This document shows, one piece after another, positions 1-8,865 of a stretch of 64,000 nt of DNA; positions within the stretch are counted from its first letter, which is position 1; each line of letters starts with the position of its first letter. The translations under genes and the position numbers were made by a program. Under the pieces are notes generated by a model. It worked only from the letters and a program-made list of their open reading frames with translations, had not been told where the DNA came from and did no database searches. This stretch comes from Archangium sp. (GTDB taxonomy: Bacteria; Myxococcota; Myxococcia; Myxococcales; Myxococcaceae): NCBI GenBank assembly GCA_031367385.1, contig JANLPS010000055.1:20098-84097 (forward strand). Direction: 5' to 3'.

Positions 1-1
1 G

Positions 2-241
2 AAAGCCGGCGCCGAAGGCGCACGGTTCAAAATTCACGCGCCGCTCTCGGGCATGACCAAGGGTGAAATCATTCGCGCCGGCATCGCCGCTGGGGTCGAC
101 TACTCGATGACCCACTCCTGCTACGACCCGTCACCCGACGGCGCGGCCTGTGGGCAGTGCGACTCGTGCCTGCTGCGAAAGAAAGGCTTCGACGAAGCGG
201 GCATCGCCGACCCGACCCGCTACGCCCCCCTCATCACATAG
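2..241 (+). CDS. queC: 7-cyano-7-deazaguanine synthase, C-terminal part (truncated by window start)
   Basis: Zn motif THSCY...CGQCDSC..R..GF and DPTRY tail typical of QueC. Confidence 0.92.
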   Translation, partial: KAGAEGARFKIHAPLSGMTKGEIIRAGIAAGVDYSMTHSCYDPSPDGAACGQCDSCLLRKKGFDEAGIADPTRYAPLIT

Positions 242-956
242 CGGGCACTGCGGGCTCGGCACCCGCGGCTGACGCCCTGAACCCCGTCAGCCCGACCGCG
301 ACGAGCGCGAGCGCCAGCAACCCGATACCCGGGCCAATCAGCGGCGCCACCGGCACCCCGTGCAAGAAGCCGGTCGTCGCGAACACGCCAATCACTCCTG
401 CCCCGCGCATCAGCCACAACGAAGGCCACGACCGAAACTCCGGCCATCGCTTCGACCACGCTGCGGCCAGCGCCCCTACTGCGGTCGCCCACGCGCCGAT
501 CGCGAAGAGCACGTCGAACAGCGCCCGCACCGCGAGATACCCATCGCCTGCCGCGGCCGCCGGCGGCAGCACGAAGGCCACCATCGCGTCGATGATGATG
601 AACAGGGCTCCGGCGATCGCCATCGAAAGCCAGCCCGCGACGGCCACGCCCGCTCCGGAGCCGCGCTTGGTCATCGCCATCATCAACGCACCCACGCCGA
701 GCATCACGTCACTCGGCATGCCCACCAACCCAGCCAATCGCATCCACTGCCAGGCGCCTGGCGTCGAGGCCCGCGCAGCCTCGACCGTGCTCCACCCACC
801 CGGCAACGCCGCCTGGGGCCCCGCCAGCGCGTAAAATGCGCAGGTCATCACCAAGCCCACGGCTCCCACGCCGAGCAGGAACGACGCAATGCGGCCGAAG
901 TGGAGGTCTTCACGGGTCACAGCAGGTGACGCATTGAGAGTTATCATTGTTAACAT
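234..956 (-). CDS. hypothetical multi-pass membrane protein
   Basis: About 7 hydrophobic segments; divergent from TetR; start ATG 956 or 947. Confidence 0.7.
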   Translation of the reverse strand: MLTMITLNASPAVTREDLHFGRIASFLLGVGAVGLVMTCAFYALAGPQAALPGGWSTVEAARASTPGAWQWMRLAGLVGMPSDVMLGVGALMMAMTKRGSGAGVAVAGWLSMAIAGALFIIIDAMVAFVLPPAAAAGDGYLAVRALFDVLFAIGAWATAVGALAAAWSKRWPEFRSWPSLWLMRGAGVIGVFATTGFLHGVPVAPLIGPGIGLLALALVAVGLTGFRASAAGAEPAVPAM

Positions 957-990
957 CACCCTATCGTGAGAATGTAATCAACGTCAACAT
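940..990. promoter_or_regulatory. two candidate TetR operators
   Basis: Related imperfect palindromes GTTATCATTGTTAAC (940-954) and GTAATCAACGTCAAC (974-988), at the starts of the two divergent genes. Confidence 0.6.
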
Positions 991-1633
991 GCCTACCAAC
1001 AAGCCCCCCTACCATCATGGAGACTTGGCCCGCGCCCTGGTCGAGGCGGCCGAGCGGTCGATCGAAGCGGGCGGGTATTCGCGGCTCACCCTTCGACAAA
1101 CGGCGCGTGACGCAGGCGTCAGCGTGGCCGCGCCGTACCGGCACTTCACTGACCGCGAAGCCCTGTTGGCGGCGGTACTGACCAAAGGCTTTCGCGAGCT
1201 GACCCGGCGAACCGAAGCCGCTCGGCTCAAGGCGGCCGACCCGAAGCGGGCGCTGCTCGCCGTGGGCCTCGCCTACGTGAGGTTCGCGGCGCAGCACCCA
1301 GCCATCTACCGTCTGATGTTCGGCCCAGAATGCGACAAGGCAACACACCCCGAGTTGATGACCGCAGGGCACGAGGCGCTCTGTGTGCTGGTGACCGCAG
1401 TCGCCGACTGCAAGCGCGCTGGCCTCATCGGCGGGGCCAATGTTCAACGCGTGGCGCTCGCAGGCTGGTCACTCTCGCACGGCCTCGCGTCGCTTCACGT
1501 CGACGGTCTGCTGGCCTCGATACCGGGGCCCGGTCTCGAGCGCAGCGCCAAGGCGTTGATGCACATGCTCCTCGCCGGAGTGACTGCGAGTGCACGCCCG
1601 GCCCCTCGTCGTGAACCGCCCAAGGGCCTATGA
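989..1633 (+). CDS. TetR/AcrR family regulator (WHG-type C-terminus)
   Basis: YHHGDL start, HTH LTLRQTARDAGVSVAAPYRHF, W..SHG motif. Confidence 0.92.
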   Translation: MPTNKPPYHHGDLARALVEAAERSIEAGGYSRLTLRQTARDAGVSVAAPYRHFTDREALLAAVLTKGFRELTRRTEAARLKAADPKRALLAVGLAYVRFAAQHPAIYRLMFGPECDKATHPELMTAGHEALCVLVTAVADCKRAGLIGGANVQRVALAGWSLSHGLASLHVDGLLASIPGPGLERSAKALMHMLLAGVTASARPAPRREPPKGL

Positions 1634-2229
1634 TCCTCCGCGTGCTCGCCTCTGTGGTCGCCCTCCTGCTCGCCGCTGCCCCCGAGCCGCTGGTCGACGT
1701 CACCACCGTCATCCCCGACCTGATCGTCGACCTCCGCTACGCCACAGCCGACAACTTCATGAAGAAGGCGGTCTACCCGCCTGATGCCCGCTGTCTTTTG
1801 CTCGCCCGCGCGGCCAAGCAGCTCGTCAGCGCCGCCGATGCACTGCGGCCCAAGGGCTTTCGCCTCAAGGTCTACGACTGCTACCGCCCCCACGCCGTGC
1901 AGTACGAGCTGTGGAAAATCATGCCGAAAATCGGCTACGTGGCCGACCCCAAGACCGGTTCGAACCACAACCGCGGAGGCGCCGTCGACGTGACCCTCGC
2001 CACCCTCGACGGCACCGCGGTCGAAATGCCCTCTGACTACGACTATTTCGGCCCCGCCGCGCACCACAGCTTCACCAAGGGCACCGCCGCCTCACTCGCC
2101 AACCGCACGACCCTCAGGGCCGCCCTCGAGCACGCCGGTTTCATCAAGAACGCGATGGAGTGGTGGCACTACGAATTGCCCGACGCCGTGAAATCACCGC
2201 TGCGCGACGACCCGTTCACCCCGCCATAA
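1630..2229 (+). CDS. D-alanyl-D-alanine dipeptidase (M15D, VanX/DdpX-like), exported
   Basis: DLRYAT.DNF, YDCYRP, SNHNRGGAVDVTL, EWWHY; N-terminal signal peptide. Confidence 0.9.
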   Translation: MILRVLASVVALLLAAAPEPLVDVTTVIPDLIVDLRYATADNFMKKAVYPPDARCLLLARAAKQLVSAADALRPKGFRLKVYDCYRPHAVQYELWKIMPKIGYVADPKTGSNHNRGGAVDVTLATLDGTAVEMPSDYDYFGPAAHHSFTKGTAASLANRTTLRAALEHAGFIKNAMEWWHYELPDAVKSPLRDDPFTPP

Positions 2230-2242
2230 AAAAACACCGACC

Positions 2243-2286
2243 CCACCGCGAGGTGGAGCCGGCTTTCACATCACCCCAAGGTGATG
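2243..2286. terminator. two short hairpins between convergent genes
   Basis: CCACC-GCGA-GGTGG and CATCACC-CCAA-GGTGATG; A-tract just upstream gives a U-tract on the minus strand. Confidence 0.5.
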
Positions 2287-2288
2287 AA

Positions 2289-2828
2289 TTACGGCGTCGG
2301 CAGGTTGACCAACGCGCCGTTGATCGAGCGCAGGTTGCGAACCTTGTCCGCGCGCTCCTGCGAGACTTCGCCGATCGGGCGCAGCGAGAATGACTTGCCG
2401 CGAACGTGGGCCGTGCGGTGGCTGTACACGAAGATGTTGAACGAGTCGGTGTCATGCGCCACGACGAAGATGCCGTCGGCCTTCGGAGTGCTCGAAACCG
2501 CGACTGCAGCGGCTGCGCGCACCAACGGGTCGCTCACTTCTTTCGGGCCATTGCCGCCGCCCAGAATCGAGCCCAAGACGCCGGTCACGCCGTCGAGAAT
2601 CGACCCGTCTTCGTAACCCCAGCAGATCACGCCGAGAATGCAGGTGCGGCTGACTTCGCCGGTGATCTCAGCGCCCCAATCGAAGCCCACTTCCTGCGGG
2701 CGATTCCACACGGTGGCCGCTTCTGAGCGGTTCGCCAAGGCCGTGTCCATGTACGCGCGGGCGCCCGTCGCGCAACCGGTCAAACCCAATGCAGAAACGA
2801 GAACGACCATCGAGACGATACGATTCAT
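2289..2828 (-). CDS. hypothetical lipoprotein (TRL-like)
   Basis: MNRIVSMVVLVSALGLTG-C lipobox, GGAGGGG RBS upstream of 2828. Confidence 0.7.
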   Translation of the reverse strand: MNRIVSMVVLVSALGLTGCATGARAYMDTALANRSEAATVWNRPQEVGFDWGAEITGEVSRTCILGVICWGYEDGSILDGVTGVLGSILGGGNGPKEVSDPLVRAAAAVAVSSTPKADGIFVVAHDTDSFNIFVYSHRTAHVRGKSFSLRPIGEVSQERADKVRNLRSINGALVNLPTP

Positions 2829-2992
2829 TGATTCCCCTCCGGGAAAAGTTACAAGGGTGAGGGTGCCGCTTTTGGCGCGACCAGGGTCAAAAGCAAAGAA
2901 CTTTGCACCAACGCACGCTGATCGAACGCACGGGGAGACCCGCTCGCACGGCCCCAACGTGTTGCTCCAATTCATCGCTCCAGCGCGCGTGC

Positions 2993-3526
2993 CTATCGAA
3001 CGTACCGATAGACCCGCGTTCGATACACATCGCTCAGGGTGATTTCGCGCTCCGCCGCCCACCCCCGCAGCCCGAATGTGTTGCTGACGATCAATGCCCC
3101 CGGCGTCAGCTCTGCCTCGAAGCGAGCCCCCAGCAAGGTCATCGCGCCAGGCCACAGGTAGCACACCACCACCTTCGCCTCGCCCAGCGGCACGGTTGCA
3201 AAATCGCCGAAGCGCAGCCGCACGTTCGAAACGCCCCGCGAGAGCTTCTGCCGCACCCACATCACCGCGAACGGCACGGGTGACGACTCGTACGCCACCA
3301 CCGTCGCTCCCGGCGCGTGCCTGGCCAACGCAAAGGCCAACGTGCCGAAGCCGGCCCCCAGCTCGAGCACCTCACCGGTGGTCTGGCTCGGCACCAGCTG
3401 CAGCACCGCCTCGGCCGCGCGCGAAGAGCTCGGCATCGGCGAGATGCCCACCCGCAGGGTGTGCACGACGATCGACGCCAGCGCGCCAATCACCACCACC
3501 AGGGCTGCCCCGCCGAGCCACTCCAT
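2993..3526 (-). CDS. class I SAM-dependent methyltransferase with N-terminal TM
   Basis: GISPMPSS, ELGAGFG motif I, VVCYL, VSNTF. Confidence 0.85.
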   Translation of the reverse strand: MEWLGGAALVVVIGALASIVVHTLRVGISPMPSSSRAAEAVLQLVPSQTTGEVLELGAGFGTLAFALARHAPGATVVAYESSPVPFAVMWVRQKLSRGVSNVRLRFGDFATVPLGEAKVVVCYLWPGAMTLLGARFEAELTPGALIVSNTFGLRGWAAEREITLSDVYRTRVYRYVR

Positions 3527-3574
3527 TTGATTCGTCTTCCATGTGCCTGCCGCGCACGCAAAACCCCGTGGGCG

Positions 3575-5350
3575 TCAGAGGCCCAAACGAACGCCGTTCG
3601 CTGACTGAACCCAGACCGCGTCTTGGAGCAAGGTCACCTGCGCCTCACCCTCGAGCGAGGCGTGCGCAGGCAAGGCCACCGGGCCGACCTTGGGCCGAAA
3701 CGAGAGCCCATAGCGAATGTCGCCCTGGGCACCGTCGCCAGTCACCTTCAGCTGCCCCGAAGCGCCGCCCTCCTCGAGCTTGAAGGTCAACGGGCCCTTT
3801 TTCGCGAGGCCGGTGGCAGTCACTGAGAACCCGGCAGACGCGTGTTCGACGCGCAAGTCGTCTCCCACGGTCGAGAGCCCCGTCGCGCTCAGGGTCACCG
3901 CAGAGCCCTTGCCCAGCTCGACCTCGAGGCTGTCGGTGCGTGCCTTGGCTCCCGCGAGGTCGATGGTGAGCTTCACCGCGCCCTCTTCGATCATCACACC
4001 GGAGGCGGTTGGTCGAATCAGCGTTGACCCATGCACCATCGCGTCACCGTCGAAGGTGAAGTGCACCGCCTCGGGTACAGCGAAATGAAACCGGTCGGCC
4101 GCCGCTCGAACCGAGCCGACCAAGGCGCCCCCCGCGAAGACCTGCATCGCTCCGTCGACCGAAGCAACCCGCATCGGCCCGACCTCGGCTCCGGGCGCAC
4201 CGGCCTCGGAGAACTTTACGCTCGCCGAGAGCGGGTGTGTGATCGTGCCTTGGGTTTGAACCGCCAACGCACCGTCTCGCACTTCGAAGTCGCCGGTCAG
4301 CGTGGCCGAGAGCTGTTTGTTCGCTCCGACCACCTTCATCTGGCGATCGCCCACCTCCACGAAGCCACTTCGACCCTCGAGGCGAAGGGTGAAGGCGCCT
4401 TTTTCGACCAAGGCACCCAGGCTCTTGAGCAAGGCGTCGACCTCGAAGTGCAGAGGCATCTGGGCGTCGGCGAGGGGCGGGCGCTCGCTGAGCAGGTCGC
4501 CTCGGGCGAGGGCCTCGAGCGAGGTACGAACCCGTGGCTTGCCGGTGAAGGTGACCAGGCCTTCGAGGCTGTGGGTTCTCTTGCCCGTTGAGAAGACGTG
4601 CTTGAGCGGGTTGAGCGAGGGGCGAACCAGTGACCCGCGTGGCGTCACCGAACCGTCAGCCGTCACGCCCACGCCGTCGAGCGTCACCTGAACCAGGCCG
4701 TTGGCCAGCTCGCCAAGTTGGCTGTGTGCCGCAAACGACAGGTCGGCCGGGTTCTTCAGCGCGACCGACCTCGAAAAAGACACATCGGCCGAGCCGAGCT
4801 CGAGGCCCTTGGTGCCAGGCTTCACCACGGCAGACACCCTGACGGTGGTGCCCGCAGGCACGTCGATCAGCACTCGCTTGTCGCCGATGGGTATGGCGTG
4901 CGGCCCAGGCATCAGCGGAGCGCTCACCGACAGCTCGCCGCGGTCAATGGCTCGGGTCACGATGTCGATGAGCGACAGTGCGCCAAGCGAGCCGAGGTTG
5001 TTGGTGACGCTCGGGCGCTCGGTCGACCAGCCCAGTGTCTCGAGCCGGGTGCCCAGAGAACCGATGGGGGTCTCATCGGCCAGGCCTCGGAGCGGGCGCG
5101 CCGAGCCGCCCGAGCTGAAGAAATCGTTCGAAAGGGTCAGCTGCTGGCCTGGGGCCACCACGGCCTCGGCGGAGAGGTGATTTTCACGAGCGAGCTTCGC
5201 CGCAACCGACGCGACCTCCGGCTCGGCGACACCCAGTTGCCGAACCAAGCTCGGCAACGTCGACGCGTTGGTGACTTTGAGCCACGCCGGTCGGTTGATC
5301 TTGAAGAGCACTGGGAGCCACTCGTACCAGCCCGCTTTGCCACGAAGCAA
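3575..5350 (-). CDS. hypothetical protein, possible LysM-like N-terminus, beta-rich body
   Basis: 591-aa ORF with genome-typical codon usage; LARENHL..EAVVAPGQQLTL resembles a LysM C-terminal half; start uncertain. Confidence 0.6.
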   Translation of the reverse strand: MLRGKAGWYEWLPVLFKINRPAWLKVTNASTLPSLVRQLGVAEPEVASVAAKLARENHLSAEAVVAPGQQLTLSNDFFSSGGSARPLRGLADETPIGSLGTRLETLGWSTERPSVTNNLGSLGALSLIDIVTRAIDRGELSVSAPLMPGPHAIPIGDKRVLIDVPAGTTVRVSAVVKPGTKGLELGSADVSFSRSVALKNPADLSFAAHSQLGELANGLVQVTLDGVGVTADGSVTPRGSLVRPSLNPLKHVFSTGKRTHSLEGLVTFTGKPRVRTSLEALARGDLLSERPPLADAQMPLHFEVDALLKSLGALVEKGAFTLRLEGRSGFVEVGDRQMKVVGANKQLSATLTGDFEVRDGALAVQTQGTITHPLSASVKFSEAGAPGAEVGPMRVASVDGAMQVFAGGALVGSVRAAADRFHFAVPEAVHFTFDGDAMVHGSTLIRPTASGVMIEEGAVKLTIDLAGAKARTDSLEVELGKGSAVTLSATGLSTVGDDLRVEHASAGFSVTATGLAKKGPLTFKLEEGGASGQLKVTGDGAQGDIRYGLSFRPKVGPVALPAHASLEGEAQVTLLQDAVWVQSANGVRLGL

Positions 5351-5371
5351 GGCGGGGGCGGCGGCTTGGCT

Positions 5372-5797
5372 TCAGTGCTTCAACGCGCGCAAGACCATCA
5401 TCGTGATGGGTACCGCAGCGACGATGTGCATCAGCCCGAGCACGGCCTTCGTCGCGTTGTCGGAGCCACCCACGTTCACGGGCCCCATCATGCTCACCAC
5501 GCTGAAAACGACTGAAATCACCAGAAAAATGACCGCTGCCTTGCTGCTGAACTTGGCCAGAACGAACGCCAAAAGACCCGCGACGATGCTCGGCACGAAG
5601 CTCGCCACCGCGGGCAGAAACGCCGGCAACGCCCCAGCCTTTCCGGGCCCTTCGAACTCACCCACGTACGAGACGCCCGCGGCCCGCGTCGCGCCGTAGA
5701 GCACCATGTTCGCAACCGCGGCGATGGCTCCCCCCTTCATCGCGGCAACGAGAATCGGCCCGAGCTTCACGGCTTGTGTAGAAGGTTCTTTGCGCAT
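5372..5797 (-). CDS. small 4-TM membrane protein (DUF6069-like)
   Basis: AAVAN, S...P, LGLMHIVAA pattern; divergent from LysR. Confidence 0.65.
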   Translation of the reverse strand: MRKEPSTQAVKLGPILVAAMKGGAIAAVANMVLYGATRAAGVSYVGEFEGPGKAGALPAFLPAVASFVPSIVAGLLAFVLAKFSSKAAVIFLVISVVFSVVSMMGPVNVGGSDNATKAVLGLMHIVAAVPITMMVLRALKH

Positions 5798-5824
5798 GGC
5801 GCCTCTTTGGTACGAGCACACACC

Positions 5825-6787
5825 ATGGACAAGAGGGGTCGGGGAGACAGATTGTCCCACCTGTGGGACAGCGCGAGCCGCCTCGAGCGCCTCCCGCACT
5901 TCGTCGCGGTCGCGACGCTCAAGAGCTTTCGCGGTGCAGCGTTGGCGCTCAATGTGCCCAAGTCGACAGTGAGTCGGCGGGTGGGCGCCCTCGAGCACGA
6001 GCTGAACGTGCGGTTGCTGAATCGAACGACCCGCTCGGTGACCCTGACGGCCGCGGGTGAGGCCTTGATTGAAAAGGCCGCGCCAGCCCTCGAGATCATC
6101 TCTGATGCCGAGCGCGCCCTGACCACGGTCGGCAGAGAGCCTCAAGGCCCGCTTCGCGTCAGCGTGCCGTTGAACGTCGCCGAGCGCGTCTTGGGCCCGC
6201 TCGTGCCTGATTTTTTGAAGGCGTACCCCAAGGTCTCCCTCACGCTCGATGCCAGCGACCGCTTCGTCGACCTGGTCGCCGAGGGCTTCGACGTCGCCCT
6301 GCGAGCGGGGCACCTCGCCGATTCGTCACTCAAAGTGCGCCAGCTCGGCATGAGCACCGCGGGTGTCTTCGCTTCACCCAGCTACCTCGCGGCCCGCGGC
6401 ACCCCGAGTCACCCGCGCGACTTGGCCGCACACGACGCCATCGTTTTTTCGGGTTCACCGCGCGGTCGACTGTGGCGGTTCGGTCAGCACAAGACCTTCA
6501 CGGTCGAAGTGCGCGGGCGATTCACCGCGAACAACTTGGAGCTCGTTTGTGGCAGCTGTGTCGCCGGCCTGGGCCTCGCCTGGTTGCCGTTGCCGATCGC
6601 GCACGAGCACCTGCGCACCAACCGGCTGGTCGAAGTGCTCAGCGACTTCGCCGCCCCCCCGGCGCCGTTGAGCCTGCTCTACCCTTCGAATCGACAGCTC
6701 TCGCCCGCCGTGCGGGCATTCATCGACTTCATCGCCAAGCACGTGACCTTGCAGGTGCCACCGCCCAAGCCCCGCCGTCGTCGCTGA
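5825..6787 (+). CDS. LysR family regulator (CrgA-like)
   Basis: SFRGAALALNVPKSTVSRRVGALE...LLNRTTRSVTLT; VDLVAEGFDVALR. Confidence 0.95.
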   Translation: MDKRGRGDRLSHLWDSASRLERLPHFVAVATLKSFRGAALALNVPKSTVSRRVGALEHELNVRLLNRTTRSVTLTAAGEALIEKAAPALEIISDAERALTTVGREPQGPLRVSVPLNVAERVLGPLVPDFLKAYPKVSLTLDASDRFVDLVAEGFDVALRAGHLADSSLKVRQLGMSTAGVFASPSYLAARGTPSHPRDLAAHDAIVFSGSPRGRLWRFGQHKTFTVEVRGRFTANNLELVCGSCVAGLGLAWLPLPIAHEHLRTNRLVEVLSDFAAPPAPLSLLYPSNRQLSPAVRAFIDFIAKHVTLQVPPPKPRRRR

Positions 6788-6993
6788 AGCCACTCGCCCC
6801 TGATCGCCGTCGAGCCGGTCACCGCCTCGCCGGTGGTACACAAACAGGGTTCACGACCCGACGTTCCGCGTCGATGTCGATGACCGTCGCGCCGGGCAAA
6901 GGCCTCGAAGTGCACCCGAGGTCTCATTGAGGGGCTGCCACCGGCGCACCTCCATGAGCGCGCCAGGGAGCCTCGGTGTATGAAATACGCTCC

Positions 6994-7923
6994 ATGACGA
7001 CTCTTGCTTCAATTGGAACTCCTGGAACCCCCTGGGGGGCCGCCGAGCGAACGAAGTGGCGCGCATCGCAGCTGCGACGGCGCAGCTACGCCGATGAAGT
7101 GGTGCGAGCGCTCGAACCGCTCAAAGCCGACTTCGACGTCAGCTCGTATGGGCACCTCGACTACCCACCCGACGGCAGCTACCCGCTCTTCGTGCTCAAG
7201 AGCCGCGGGTGGCATGACGGGCTGCCGGTTGGCCTGGTGACCGGGGGCGTGCACGGCTACGAAACGAGCGGCGTGTTCGGGGCGCTGCGTTTCGCCGCGC
7301 AAGACGCCCCGCGCTTGGCCGGGCGCTTGAACCTGCTGATCGCGCCGTGCGTCAGCCCCTGGGGGTTCGAGCGCATTCATCGGTGGAACCCCGACGCAAT
7401 CGACCCCAACCGTTCATTCAAGCCGGACGGTGCTGCGGCCGAGGCCCGCCGATTGATCGACCTCGTGGCCCCCTACCGCGGCCGCTTCATCGCGCACGTC
7501 GACCTGCACGAGACGACCGATTCAGACGAGACGGAGTTTCGGCCCGCACTCGCGGCGCGCGACGGCAAGACCTTCGAACCCGGCGAGATACCCGACGGGT
7601 TCTATCTGGTCGGTGACGCTGAAAACCGACAGCTCGGCTTTCAGGCCGCCATCATCGACGCCGTCGCCCAAGTCACCCACATCGCCGAGCCCGATGCTCG
7701 CGGGCGGTTGATCGGTGAGCCCATTCTGAGCCAAGGCGTCATCGAGTACCCGGTGCGTTCGCTCGGCCTGTGCGCCAATCTCACCGGAGCACGCTTCACC
7801 ACCACGACCGAGGTCTACCCCGACAGCCCACGCAGCACCCCCGAGCAATGCAACGCAGCGCAGGCCACGGCCGCGCGCGCTGCCTTCGAGTTCGCCCTCG
7901 AGCACATGACGGCCTCCAGCTGA
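6994..7923 (+). CDS. M14 family metallocarboxypeptidase
   Basis: GGVHGYETSG, RWN...DPNRSF, DLHET, TTTEVYPD. Confidence 0.88.
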   Translation: MTTLASIGTPGTPWGAAERTKWRASQLRRRSYADEVVRALEPLKADFDVSSYGHLDYPPDGSYPLFVLKSRGWHDGLPVGLVTGGVHGYETSGVFGALRFAAQDAPRLAGRLNLLIAPCVSPWGFERIHRWNPDAIDPNRSFKPDGAAAEARRLIDLVAPYRGRFIAHVDLHETTDSDETEFRPALAARDGKTFEPGEIPDGFYLVGDAENRQLGFQAAIIDAVAQVTHIAEPDARGRLIGEPILSQGVIEYPVRSLGLCANLTGARFTTTTEVYPDSPRSTPEQCNAAQATAARAAFEFALEHMTASS

Positions 7924-8073
7924 CCGCGCCCGGGCGAGGGCAACGACCGCTCGTGCCAGGCGTCGTCGACCACGGTGGGCACCTTCTTCGTCTTACACGC
8001 GCCTACCCAAGCCCGCGAAACCTGCCGTCATCATCGCCGCCTTCGGTACAGTCTCACCCGAGGGGACCACCAC

Positions 8074-8865
8074 ATGCTGATGCACCTGCTGATCGTCGCG
8101 GCGACGCTGGGCGCCGACAAACCGAAGCTGGCCGTGCTCGACTTTCAAGCCCAGGGCGTCGCGGTTGAGACCGCCCAGGCCCTGACCACGTCGGCCACGC
8201 TCGAGCTGACCTCCCGCGGCTTCTTCGATGTCGTCACCTCCGCCGACATTCAGACCATGCTCGGCGTCGAGCGGCAGAAACAGCTCGTCGGGTGCTCCGA
8301 ATCGGCCTCGAGCTGCACCGCCGAGCTCGCCGGAGCCATGGGCAGCCGCTTCGTGCTCAGCGGCAGCGTCACCAAATTGGGCGATGCGCTGCAGCTCTCG
8401 ATGCAAATGCTCGACACCGTGAAGTCAGCCACCGTCGCACGCAGCGTTCGCCTCGCCAGCAACGAGCGCGACCTCGCCGCGCAAATACCCTGGGCGCTCG
8501 CCGAGGCCACCGCGACGCCGTTGCCCCCCGCGCCCTCGAAGGTACTGCCGATTTCACTCATCAGCGTCGGCAGCGCCGCCCTCGTCGCCGGAGTCGTGCT
8601 CGGCATCAACGCCTTCACCCGCGACTTCTCGCTGCACGACGAGCTCGCGCAGCCCGACAGCGGCATCTTCAAGCCGAACACCTTCTACCAAAACGAAGCC
8701 AAGACTATCGGCACCTTCAAGACCGTCTCGCTCATCACCCTGCTCTCGGGCGCCGCCCTCCTCGCGACCGGGTTTCTGCTCTTTCCCTCCGATGGCCGCG
8801 CCGCCGTCGCGCTGGTGCCGATGCCCTCAGGCCTTGCGTTCGCCTTCGCTGGAGCGCTGCCATGA
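8074..8865 (+). CDS. exported protein with CsgG/TolB-N-like domain and C-terminal TM segments
   Basis: Signal peptide, KLAVLDF, ERQKQLVGC...C.AELAGA, GSVTKLG; GAGGGG RBS. Confidence 0.7.
   Translation: MLMHLLIVAATLGADKPKLAVLDFQAQGVAVETAQALTTSATLELTSRGFFDVVTSADIQTMLGVERQKQLVGCSESASSCTAELAGAMGSRFVLSGSVTKLGDALQLSMQMLDTVKSATVARSVRLASNERDLAAQIPWALAEATATPLPPAPSKVLPISLISVGSAALVAGVVLGINAFTRDFSLHDELAQPDSGIFKPNTFYQNEAKTIGTFKTVSLITLLSGAALLATGFLLFPSDGRAAVALVPMPSGLAFAFAGALP

Noticed and set aside
2..241. 7-deazaguanine DNA modification island
   Set aside because: Only a canonical queC end is visible; no dpd genes in the window.
1630..2229. Vancomycin resistance cluster
   Set aside because: Lone VanX-like dipeptidase with a signal peptide; no vanH/vanA/vanRS.
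5853..5870. Inverted repeat TGTCCCAC-CT-GTGGGACA at the LysR 5' end
   Set aside because: A plausible autoregulatory site, but it is single-copy, inside the predicted CDS and does not fit T-N11-A exactly; too weak to call.
8292..8861. Upstream part of the 1048-aa ORF
   Set aside because: Arg-rich off-frame overlap with the 8074-8865 gene; the lipoprotein signal starts at 8862.
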